Positions 25,177 through 36,587 of a stretch of 39,874 bases of DNA are shown here, in pieces. How positions within the stretch are numbered: position 1 is the first letter of the stretch; the number at the start of each line of letters is the position of its first letter. Source of the stretch: Octopus sinensis (Eukaryota); assembly GCF_006345805.1 (NCBI RefSeq), contig NW_021835432.1, forward strand, positions 1-39,874. The letters are read 5' to 3'. A program made the position numbers and the translations under genes. Under the pieces are notes generated by a model. That model did no database searches. It saw only the letters and a list, made by a program, of their open reading frames with translations, and had not been told where the DNA came from.

Positions 25177-25224
<48 letters not shown>

Positions 25225-25415
25225 ACGCACCGGTCAAAATGCTTGGCGACATTTTGTTTGTCTTTACGTTCTGAGTCCAAATTCCGGCGATCTCGATTTT
25301 GCATTTCATCCTTTCGGGGTCGATAAAAACAAGTATCAGTTGAACACTAGAGTCAATATAATCGTCTTCCCCCTCCCGAAAAAAACTTAAGGCCTTCTGT
25401 CTACAGGAGAAAGGA
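24925..25415. mobile_element. Head-to-head SINE family A pair (- 24925-25138; + 25225-25415) around an (AAT)n tract
   Basis: The reverse and forward matches to the family A core are about 90 bp apart. Confidence 0.75.
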
Positions 25416-25900
25416 TCATAATAATCATCATCACCACCACCATCATCATCATTTTTTCTAATTAATATTTTGTGCAGAAATGTGAGGATGGCTTAGAAAC
25501 AACTTCACAAAACGTTGGAATTTACATCGGAGATTTATTCGCTGAAGGCAAAAAGAATTTTTTTTTCTTTTCAGCTTGTAAACAACATGCTTCGGAATGC
25601 TTCAGCTTCTACCATGTTATCTGAGATAGAAGAAAAGTCAGCCTTTTTTATATATTTGCATCATTTTTTACTTTAAAAATGTTGTTTATTCGTAATTAAA
25701 TATACCTTCTGCTGAGAGAGCAGGAAAGGTGTTAGCAACAAATGTGGCAACCCAAATTAGGTTTCGAAAAACTAAAAACAGTTACAAAATAGCTTTTAGA
25801 AAAGCAGGGCGAAACAAAAACAAATTTAATACAAGTGAACAGACACAAGCTCTTTAGCAAATGACGAAAACAAAAGCGATATATATATATATATATATAT

Positions 25901-26310
25901 ATGGTTCCAGGTTCAGTCCCACTGCCTGGCACCTTGGGCAAGTGTCTTCTACTATAGCCTCGGGCCAACCAAAACATTGTGAGTGGATTTGGTAGACGGA
26001 AACTGAAAGAAGCCCGTCGTATATATATATATATACATGTGTGTGTGTATGTATGTATGTGTGTATGTATATGTATATATATATGTGTGTGTGTGTATGT
26101 ATGTATATGTTTGTGTGTCTGTGTTTGTCCCCCAACATTGCTTGACAACCGATGCTGGTGTGTTTACGTCCTCGTCACTTAGCGGTTCGGCAAGAGAGAC
26201 CAATAGAATAAGTACTAGGCTTACAAAGAATAAGTCCTGGGGTCGATTTGCTCGACTAAAAGCGGTGCTCCAGCGTGGCCGCAGTCAAGTGACTGAAACA
26301 AATAAAAGTA
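25901..26310 (+). mobile_element. SINE family B
   Basis: atggttccaggttcagtcccactg...gactgaaacaaataaaag. Confidence 0.9.
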
Positions 26311-26350
26311 AAAAAGTAAAAGTATACACACACACACACACACACACACA

Positions 26351-26404
<54 letters not shown>

Positions 26405-26414
26405 ATATTGTGTT

Positions 26415-26635
26415 GTATACATTCGAAGCTTTCTTCCAAGGGATTTAATGCGCTTGCCTTAGATTTCCCTTGGGGGCTGCCCAGGTCGGAGCAATCTCAA
26501 GATTAATCAGCCGAAATTGCGAAGATGATCCGGTTCTTGACTGATGACTGAGGGCTTCGAATGTCCCGTCCTGTGGTTCTTGTGTCGTCTTCTAGGTGTT
26601 TCACGTTCTTGTCCCAGTTTGTATATATTTTTTAC
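26415..26635 (+). repeat. Interspersed repeat (possibly Penelope-related); reverse copy at 34237-34353
   Basis: agccgaaattgc..gatgatccggttcttgact..ga.tga.ggcttcgaatgtcccgtcc is shared in inverted orientation with 34237-34353. Confidence 0.5.
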
Positions 26636-27377
26636 TTTTTACATATATATTATATATACACACACACACACTCACACACAGATGCGAATATAAGAAACCC
26701 CTTGTTATTCCGGTTAATATAGTGTAACCGTTCTTTTTTTGGAGTGGAATTTGTCGTACTCTTGCGTTTTGGTAAACAAGACTAAACGGACGTTTAAAGT
26801 ATCTAACTGGATACTGTCGTACTGGAATAAATAAGAAAAGAAGTTGATTCTTTACAACTAGATTCTATGGGATAGTGTGGCTCAAGTTTGTAAAACTGGC
26901 ATATGTTAACAAGATCCAATTCTGTCGTGATATGACCAAGAATGAAAAGAATGCAGTTTCGCTTAGTCATTGAATCCTAGTTTGATGTACGTGATGCTTT
27001 TTTTAACTATTCATCATTGGCCTTAATAGCTAGAAAGATCAAAGACGCCATAATGTCGGATGGTGAACTTTTTGCACATTTCTGTTTTTTGTTTTTTTCG
27101 TATTAAAACACAAGTTACTCTGGAACAATTTACACTACTTTTTCACACGTAATAAGAGAAACTATTTTACTTATTGTCACAAATAGACATTTTTGTTCTT
27201 TTACTTTTATTTTTTATTTATTTATTTATTTTTTTACAGCTAAGCAATCAAATATCTCAAATCATTAATAGCTAACACTGATAATTTTAAGTAAAGAGTC
27301 ACAAGGACTATTATATTAATCTCAAGTGTGTGTGACTGCGCGCGCGCGTGTGTGTATGTGTGTGTAGAAATATATTA

Positions 27378-27779
27378 TACTAGCAGTATCGCCCGGCGTT
27401 GCTCGGGTTTGTAAGGGAAATAACTATATTAGCATTTTTAGAGAGTTATAGCCAAAAAATAGCAAAAAAATGCATTAAAAATTGAAAAAAACTGATGGTA
27501 ATTTTTTTTTAAATCGTTGACTCATCGTAGACATTTTTAGAGAGTTACTTCCCTTATATAATAGCGAAAAAATGCATTAAAACGGAAAAGAATGATGGTA
27601 AATTTTTTTTTAATCGTAGACTCATCGTAGACGCGCGCTAATACTCAGAAGGGCTCGATATGAATCACGACTATAAGATACCCGGTTTTGGTTAAACTGC
27701 ACCGCAAAATGTGGGAGTAGTTAGGAATCTAAATCGTAGGAAACAGACAGCACACAACCTCACTTTTATATATAAAGAT
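27378..27779 (+). mobile_element. Non-autonomous Helitron/Helentron (DINE/HINE-like) element
   Basis: Starts TACTAGCAGTATCGCCCGGCGTTGCTCGGG (CCCG/CGGG hairpin), has internal short tandem modules and ends cacttttatatataaagat. The class assignment is inference. Confidence 0.5.
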
Positions 27780-28158
27780 GTAAAAGTTGATTGCTACGGA
27801 GTTACTATTGTTTCACTCCCGCTAAATTATCATGACTATGACGAACTCATAGAAATAAAATCAATAGTATTTTGTGGTGCCCCAGCATGGCCACGGCCTC
27901 CGGGCTGGAACATATAAAAGAATAAAAGAATATATATACAGGTATATATATATAGTTACACAGATAAATAAATAAATAAATAAATACAAATGCGTACATG
28001 CGTATATAATACAATATGTATATATCGAGTTGTGTCTGGGGAGAGTCATGAGTCATTCTGTTTTAATGTCTTATCAATTAACACATACACTGGTTTGATT
28101 TCCACTCATTTACTTATTTATTTTTTTATAATTAAATCCTCGTTGCTTCTTGCAACCC

Positions 28159-28231
<73 letters not shown>

Positions 28232-28234
28232 ATA

Positions 28235-28293
<59 letters not shown>

Positions 28294-28370
28294 ATTCAAA
28301 CATGAACAAAGAGAAAACACAACACGCGAGGACGTGGAACAAGTATAGTGTTATTGGACGCAATATATAT

Positions 28371-28630
28371 ATACTAAATAATTAGGGTTCAGCAACGATT
28401 TGCCTCACCACACACCGAATTTAGAAATAGCAGTCAAAAAGTCTTGGCTATTCCTTCTACTTTAAAGGGAGATCCCAGTAAAACCAAAGCACTCTAGTGG
28501 TTGTTCTGAGTGCTTTGGTTTTACTGGGATCTCCTTTAAAGTAGAAAAAATAGCCAAGACTTTTTGACTGCTATTTCTAAATTCGGTGTGTGGTGAGGCA
28601 AATCGTTGCTGAACCCTAATTATTTAGTAT
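28371..28630. repeat. Near-perfect fold-back, ~124-bp arms with 13-bp spacer
   Basis: atactaaataattagggttcagc...aaagcactc | tagtggttgttct | gagtgcttt...gctgaaccctaattatttagtat. Confidence 0.95.
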
Positions 28631-28870
28631 TACTTAAACTTACCATGAATTGGTCTTTTACATGCCGAATTCTACTTGGTGAAATTACTGATTACTTCTT
28701 AATTAATTAATTTCACCCTTTGTTATTATATATATATTATTTATTAATTCATAATAGAATATAAGGATAAAAATCGCATTAATGATTTTTATCAGGTAGT
28801 CCGCATGCTATAACAATTTATAGGTAATTTATACAATAAATTAATAATAATACACATATATTCATAATCA

Positions 28871-29245
28871 TATTAAGAGAGCAAGGGCAAAAACAGCCGA
28901 TCTCCAGCATGCTTGAAGTGCCGATCCCTTCAAGAAACTCCAAATATATTTATCTAGAGTAGTGCTTTTCAAACTTTTTGCTGGAGCGGAACCCCAAGGA
29001 AACATTCCACTGGCTCGTGGAACCCCTGTGCAATAATTTAATAGTCTTATGCACACATATCTGCACAGGAAAATTAAAAATTACTGCCGACTTTAGCAGT
29101 TTTGTAACTTCTTGCGGAACCCCTTGACTGTACTGGCGGAACCCTGGTTGAAAACCACTGATCTAGAGTTTTTGGTATTGTTTTTAAGGTATCGCCACTT
29201 CAAGCGTGCTGGAGATAGGTTGTCTTCACCCTAGCTCCCTTAATA
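28871..29245. repeat. Older fold-back (~70-bp diverged arms) with the hAT MITE inserted at its centre
   Basis: tattaagagagcaaggg...ctccagcatgcttgaagtg versus cacttcaagcgtgctggag...ccctagctcccttaata. Confidence 0.8.
28960..29160. mobile_element. Non-autonomous hAT (Buster/Charlie-like) MITE, 201 bp
   Basis: TIRs TAGTGCTTTTCAAAC and GGTTGAAAACCACTG. Perfect 8-bp TSD ATCTAGAG at 28952-28959 and 29161-29168, with central TA. Confidence 0.9.
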
Positions 29246-29269
29246 TAATTATATACAAATGTATTTTAT

Positions 29270-29315
<46 letters not shown>

Positions 29316-30063
29316 GGAATGTAAAAATACATTATGAGGGATATATCGCAAGCAATACAAAATTATTTACTAATATATCAATGCCCAGAACATGCAATCA
29401 AATTTTTTTCATAAAAGAAGTATGTATAATTGTGAATAAATCACAAATATAAAAGAGGTGGGTGCAAAAACCCTTATATGTTTAGACCTAGCAGTCAAAA
29501 CAGCTATAAAGCCACTATAACCACCCAAATTATATCTCTTCTCAATAAAGCTGTCTGCGGCGACATGACATAAAATTCAAAACTTAAATAAAAGTTTAGT
29601 TCTCTATCGCAATTTCAAAGTTAGGAACCAAAACGGTCCCACTCTTCTCGTCGGGAGAATATTCCTGTAGATACAAATTAACACAAAAAACATAACATGG
29701 AGCTTAACAAGACATGTAAGGGTTTATGCAACCCTCTCCGTTATAACTGTGGTTTATTCACAATTATACATACTTCTTATGTATATATATATGTGTGTGT
29801 GTCTGTGTATGTGTGAGTGTGTGTATGTGTTTATTTATACACACACACACATCATACTTTTACATTAAGTATGATGACTTCGAAGTCACAGTTATCACTG
29901 TTCTTCTAAAAGTGCAAGAAACATGTACTCTACAAGAAATAGGTCTATGGTAAGAAGCTTGCATTTCAACCACAAGGTTCAGAGTTCAGTTCCACTGCGT
30001 GGCACCTTGAGCTAGTGTCTTCTACTAAGAGCATGACAGGTGAACCGCGATAGGGCGACTAAA

Positions 30064-30423
30064 TAGTATCGCCCGGCGTTGCTCAGGTTTGTAAGGGAAA
30101 TAACTATAAAGCATTTTTAGAGAGTTATAGCCAAAAAATGGAAAAAAATGATGGTAAATTTTTTTTGATAGTTAAAAAAGGTGGAGTTGCGTCCCCTACA
30201 CAGTTTGTGGTTTGTGTTCCTGATTCTCGACCCCATGTCGAATTTATCGATTTTTTTCAGAACTGGGGGAACTTTTCAAAATTTTTGCTGCGTTAGTTTT
30301 GAATTATGACATTGGGCTATGTGTGTGTCAAGTTTCATCAGAATCGGTTGAAAGCCGTGGTCAGGGTGAGGGTACAAGCAAACAGACACACAGAAACACG
30401 CACAGACAAACTGCCGTTTATAT

Positions 30424-30427
<4 letters not shown>
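30064..30427 (+). mobile_element. Related Helentron/DINE-like element with the same 5' end and a different 3' part
   Basis: The first ~100 bp match 27381-27470; the element ends cagacaaactgccgtttatatagat. Confidence 0.5.
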
Positions 30428-30467
<40 letters not shown>

Positions 30468-30662
30468 TATACAGACCGGGCGATGTGTGTGTTTATGAGG
30501 GAAACACCTAAGCCCCACGCGGCTCCAGTAGAAGGTAATCGCGAACTTCTGCTGACTCTTTTTCCACAACTTTCTCTCACTCTTTCCTTATGTATATATA
30601 TATATATATATATTCTTTCTCTCACCCTCTCTGCCAATCTCTCTCTCTCTCTCTCCCTCTCC

Positions 30663-30711
<49 letters not shown>

Positions 30712-30962
30712 TAGACACAAACAGACAGTCAGAGTTTTGGCCACTATCTTGTTTCGAACTTGGTCCCACTGAGTGGTACCTCCCCGATTTTAAAACATTC
30801 CATTTGTCTCCTATCTAAATCATTACCCAAGTCGAACAAACGGTAACGGTCATCGAGACAAATTCATCCTACGAAGATTTAATTAAAAATTCTGGCTCTT
30901 CTTTTGCCCTTTTCGATAACAACCAACGTAGTATTTGTGTTTCTGAAGTGCAAAATAAGTAA

Positions 30963-31019
<57 letters not shown>

Positions 31020-31024
31020 TAGTA
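30963..31024. repeat. (TAG)n microsatellite
   Basis: Direct reading. Confidence 0.95.
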
Positions 31025-31971
31025 TACTTAGGATGCACTGTCTTACTGCTAGCAGCAGACAAGGGCCTCGGAGAGAAAATCCTGCAAAGTGGTATAAAAC
31101 TGCTTTGTAACGGACACCCATGTTCCGTTTCACTCCAAGGCTGGTTTTCCCGATTTTTAAAAGAGCCATTTTAGCCTTACCCTTTTTTTTTTTTTTTTCA
31201 TTGACGTAAGGAAGCTTTTTGGCAAATATTGACGACTGATCTACTGGTCGAACACAGTCTTTTATGAGCCACTGGTTTGTAACAAACATTTGTTTAGTAT
31301 CAGTATTACATGAGATGCTGGTATCAGAGTGAAACGTTGGGCGCTGATGATTTGGCATGGCTGACTGGATATTAAACCTATTTTGGCGACGGTGTGTTTT
31401 GTCACTGAAGGCAAACAAACACACACTACGCAGCACACACATACACAGCACACACACACACATGTCACACAGAGCACGCACACACACATGCACGTGCAAG
31501 CACGCGCAAATATACATATCCAGATTGACAGAATGTGAGAGAGAGGATCCAAGACATTACACACGCATGCACACATTACTAGATGCTGACACACGTAATA
31601 TGAGTGAGAGAATAAGCGTGACCGAAAGAAACTTTAAAAACGTCCGCTGTCAAATAAGTCATCGTCAAGTCAACGGCACCAAACAAGCAAGCCTAAACGT
31701 CTGTTCCAGAGTGTCTCATGGCCAACAAATATATCATTGTAATCTCCGTGATCCATCTCGCTTTAAAACATTTTCTACGTTCAAAAACATCAAATATATA
31801 ATATCATCATTCCCTTCTTCCCTTTCTCTCTCTTTCTTTCTCTATCTCTTTCTCTCTTTCTTTCTTTTCTTTATTTATTTTTTATTTTTCTCTTCTTTTA
31901 AATTTTATTTTGTCTTTTTTCTTCCTGTTTTTCTGTCTTTTCTTTTCTTACAAACTTCAAATTTGTTGTAG

Positions 31972-32016
31972 AAATCGAAGAAATTTTGGCATACGCCAAT
32001 GACACAGATGAACCAG
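31972..32016 (+). CDS. NOS1AP: Probable 45-nt symmetric (phase 1-1) NOS1AP linker exon
   Basis: A polypyrimidine tract of more than 100 nt precedes ttgttgtAG; donor CAG|GTAAGA. Encodes (E)IEEILAYANDTDEP(G), in phase with the upstream exons. Confidence 0.6.
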
Positions 32017-32094
32017 GTAAGAGGCCAGGAGCTAGTTAATCAACGACATTCCTCCCGTTGTTACTACTACCACTACTACTACAATTATTATTAT

Positions 32095-32125
<31 letters not shown>

Positions 32126-32341
32126 GCTATTTCCTCTACCCAAACTAACTAAATCTAACGTTTATTACGTATTTCCCTTATGCTATGTTTATACGTTATA
32201 TTTCCCTAAATTTGCAACTGCTCCGATTTCATTCATCAAAGTTTGTGTCAGTGGTATTTCACTGTTGGAATATACCTGCATGCAAACCCTATACTTGCAT
32301 TGGTTCTTATACCCAATCTCCTCTGTACCTCAATATATATA

Positions 32342-32393
<52 letters not shown>

Positions 32394-32479
32394 GCATACA
32401 TACATACATACATACGTACGTACGTACATATATACATACATATAGTAACACACGTGTATATATATGTGTATGTATATAT

Positions 32480-32574
<95 letters not shown>

Positions 32575-32587
32575 TGTATGTATATTC

Positions 32588-32922
32588 GAGACCCCCTTCG
32601 GTCATGAATGACCATGGGTTTGCACCTACAAATTTACCCACTTAGTCACAAGTCTGGGCAAAGTGGTTTATGGAAGACCAGCAGTCGCCCACGCATAGCG
32701 GCCTCCCTTCTCCAGCCACCAGTGTTATCCAAGGGAAAGGCAACACCCGGCGCGTGTTGAAACCTCTGACGTCGCAACTCATTTCTACAGCTGAGTTAAC
32801 TGGAGCAACCTGAAATAAAGTGTCTTGTTCAAGAACACAACACGCAGCCCGGTCCGGGAATCGAACTCACAACCTTACGATCGTAAGCTCGACGCTCTAA
32901 CCACTGAGCCATGTGCCTTCAC
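32588..32922 (-). mobile_element. SINE family D
   Basis: Matches 17663-18003. Confidence 0.85.
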
Positions 32923-32950
32923 TATATGCATATATATGTGTGTGTGTGTG

Positions 32951-32982
<32 letters not shown>

Positions 32983-33083
32983 GTACATTTATATATGCGT
33001 ATTTATATATTCACATTTACATGCATATATATAAATCTTTATCGCTCTCTCTATATATATCTCTCTATCTATCTACCTATCTA

Positions 33084-33166
<83 letters not shown>

Positions 33167-34152
33167 CACACACACATACACAAACGTAGGACATAGATGC
33201 TTGCATAGATACCCTATATACACGTTAGAGTTTGGTATGTAAATTGTAATCATTTTTTAATTAGTATTTAGTCTTAGTAATTGTATAGTGATTGGTAAAA
33301 TAAAAACATTGATTGGATTCAATAACACAAATAACAATTTGAAGAGAAACTTCACACAAAATAAAGCTATTCAAATTTCAACAAGGTCGATTTTGCCCTT
33401 CATTCTTTCAGGATCAATAAGTCAAGTACCAGTGAAAAGCTAGGGTCGTTGTAATCGACTATCCCCTTCCCCAAATTTTAGGCCTTGTGTATAAGGAAAG
33501 CTTATACAGGCTCTGAATTTTAGAAGGGATTAATTGAGGAGGATACCAGTACCCTGTTATACAATGCAAATACTCTTATGTGATTGGTCTTAAGGGAAGA
33601 TGAATTATTAACACGCCGGGCGAGAGACCTTTTTTTTTTTTTTGCGGTTTTACGATCTGCGTACAAATGTTGCTGAGGTTGACATTGCTATTCATCCTTT
33701 CGATATTGATAAAATGAAGCACCAGTCAAGTACTACGGTCAATGTAGTCGACTTGCCTCTCCTCAATTTTGTTCCGAAATTAAAAAGAAAGCATTATTGA
33801 CCCGAGGAAGAGCACAACTTGGTGTTTGATGCCTCGGGTAGAATGTCTCACTGTAGATGTTTCGATTCACTGAGCTCAAACTTCATCCAGGTCAACATCG
33901 CTTTCCATCCCTTCGGGGTCGATAAAATAAAGTAACAATGCAGAACAGTGGGTTGGTAGAAAAGCATATACGTCAGATTGGTTGCCTTGTGGTAATTTAT
34001 TCGGGATATTTGCGTTTTGAGTTCAAATCCCACCGCGGCTTACTTGGGTGATAGACTTTATCTGTTGCTCAGTTTCAGAACACTATCTTGCAGATGATGC
34101 ACTTTTTTAAACAAGTACCTAATTTTAAACATGTAGCGCTTTCGTTCTTCTT

Positions 34153-34231
<79 letters not shown>

Positions 34232-34771
34232 ATGTAGAAAAATACAAACTGGGACAAGAACGTAAAACATTTAGAAGACGATACAAAAACGGACGGGACA
34301 TTCGAAGCCTTCAATCTTTAGTCAAGAACCGGATCATCCTAGCAATTTCGGCTTACATATATATATTATATATATATATATATATAATATATATATATAA
34401 GGATAAGCATATTAAAAGGGGCCCATGGGAAATCTCATTTAAATAAAAGGGTTGATAATCACTGTGAAATGGTTAGGAACCACTGAACTAGACCATGCGC
34501 TGGCACATAAAGTAGATATCAGAGAAGATAAATGCTACTTCCGAAACATTGAACCGTGCCCACCACTTTAAACTAGCACGCTATGAGTGACTGTGTTATG
34601 CTGCAGACCATTGGTATCGTTTCCAAATATTTTTACGAAGAAAGATATTTGTTTCAAACATTATTTTAGAAATGCTACTATTGTGCTTGAAACAACGTAA
34701 CAGAACGACAAGAATGAAATTAAAAAGGAATGCAATTCAAATAAATAGAATTAGACAGGCAAACCATCGTT

Positions 34772-35148
34772 ATTTTGCTACTACTTCTAGCAAAACGAAT
34801 CCACAAGTAGAGGTCTCTCGGTGGTTCATTCTGTCGCCTGTTTGTAAGAAGTGAATCTAATCTGAAATTCTACTGTTACACATGGAATGAAAATGTTGCA
34901 TGGAAACTGATGAAGTTTATGATGAATATAACCGATAACAGATAAATTTGTAATTCGTACGCAACAGGTATATGATTAATTTCTTGAAATTGGAAATGTA
35001 TGGAGTATGAACATATCTGTTATTTCTTCTTAAAAGTCAAAGCGACAGTAGAATTTCAGATTAGAATCACTTTTACAAACAGGCGACAGAATGAACCACC
35101 GAGAAACCTCTCCTTGTGGATTCGTTAAGCTAGAAGTAGTAGCAAAAT
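34772..35148. repeat. Fold-back, ~105-bp arms with ~168-bp spacer
   Basis: attttgctactacttctagc...gaaattctactgt versus acagtagaatttc...gctagaagtagtagcaaaat. Confidence 0.9.
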
Positions 35149-35361
35149 CTATTTCAATCATACATATAACATGCTTTTTAAAAACTGATACATTGGATAA
35201 ATACACTAAGTTCTAAACGCACTAAGGATAACTAAATGTTGGGATCGTCGCGGCTGGAACAGCTTTGATCAGTTCTGCACGTTCAAGGCTGAACTGAAGC
35301 TAAGCAACTACAACAACAACTATCATAAACTGAAGGAAAGCTTATACAGGCTCTGAATAAT

Positions 35362-35399
<38 letters not shown>

Positions 35400-35401
<2 letters not shown>

Positions 35402-35875
35402 GTATAAAAGATGGGCTACAGCAAATATTCTGCTCAATACCCCAGATTTGCTTGTCAGTTGTTTGACCTTAACCAGTTGACCATGTCCCTTAGTGGCTGA
35501 CGATATGTGCATCTCTGATCACGAGCAGAAGTAGTGGGGGAGCATCATAGCCATGTGTTGAGAGGGATTCTTTGGGGTTCGAATAGTTCACCTCTGGAAA
35601 CATGGGTGGTTCTTTCAACTTCCTTAAACAACCCTTATTCAAGGACCTTTTGAGCGGGATGGGTCACTCAACCTGAAGAAAATTCTAACTGGGCCCCACC
35701 TGCAAGGTCATGTGCTGTTTATCTGGATATGAGATCACCATGTTGTGCACATGTGGTTGTGATGCATGTGCCTGGTGTATCCTTATCAGACGGGTAGTCA
35801 TGATGGGTATATTGGGCTTTGTATATTTTACCCCAGTGTCACTTTATGGCATGAACTGCTCTCTCACTCAATAAT
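35400..35875 (+). repeat. Interspersed repeat with (AAT)n tail; partial copy at about 23340-23550
   Basis: Shared acctgaagaaaattct...gatcaccatgttg...tatattggg...accccagtgtcacttt..tggcatg. Class unknown, probably a retroposon. Confidence 0.65.
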
Positions 35876-35916
35876 AATAATAATAATAATAATAATTATG
35901 ATAATAATAATAATAA

Positions 35917-36495
35917 TAATCCTTTCTCTTATAAGCAAAAGGCCTGAAATTTCCGGGAAGAGGCCATCGATCAGATCGACCCAGTACGCAACTGGTACTT
36001 AATTTATCGACCCGGAAAGGATGGAAGGCAAAGTCGACCTCTGCGGAATTTGAACTCAGAACGTAGCGGCAGACGAAATACCTATTTCTTTACTGCCCAC
36101 AAGGGGCTAAACACAGAGAGGACAAACAAGGACAGACAAACGGATTAAGTCGATTACATCGACCCCAGTGCGTAACTGGTACTTATTTAATCGACCCGGA
36201 AAGGATGGAAGGCAAAGTCGACCTCTGCGGAATTTAAACTCAGAACATAGCGGCAGACGAAATACCGCTAAGCATTTCGCCCGGCATGCTAACGATTCTG
36301 CTAATAATAATAATAATAATGATGGTCTCAAATTTTGGTACAAGGCCAGCAGGTTTGGGGGTGGGAGGAAGTCGATTACGTCTACCAGTATTCAACTCAT
36401 ACTTATTTTATCGACCCTGAAAGGATGAAAGTCGAAGATAACCTTGGCGAATTTTGAACTCAGAATGTAAAAGACGGACGAAATGCCGCTAAATA
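35917..36495 (-). mobile_element. Cluster of SINE family A units
   Basis: Three reverse-strand modules of atcgaccc.gaaaggatg.aaggcaaagtcgacct..gcggaattt.aactcagaa. Confidence 0.85.
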
Positions 36496-36587
36496 CGGGG
36501 ATTTGTCAGAAAGTGATGCCTAAAAAAAATTGCATTACTTTCTGGTTCTCTTCGTAATTTAAGTCTGTGCAGTTGAGGGCAGGCATA

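Noticed and set aside
26541-26567. CUGAUGA followed by GAAU-GUC
   Set aside because: No proper stem I, II or III, and the second family copy (34237-34353) has CUAAAGA at this position.
22257-27290. Strong polypyrimidine acceptors at 22257, 25575 and 27240
   Set aside because: Phase-1 frames stop within about 9-21 codons and no convincing donor follows, so these cannot be supported as exons.
30879-31971. Two 200+ aa ORFs (30879-31517 on -, 31357-31971 on +)
   Set aside because: They are lengthened by (TAG)n, (CA)n and pyrimidine tracts, have no recognisable domain or usable splice sites, and the + ORF ends on the acceptor AG of exon 31972.
15147-36495. Recurrent gagttcaaattccgccgaggtcgac units resembling an array
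   Set aside because: They are dispersed SINE modules at irregular spacing in eukaryotic DNA, with no CRISPR repeat-spacer structure.
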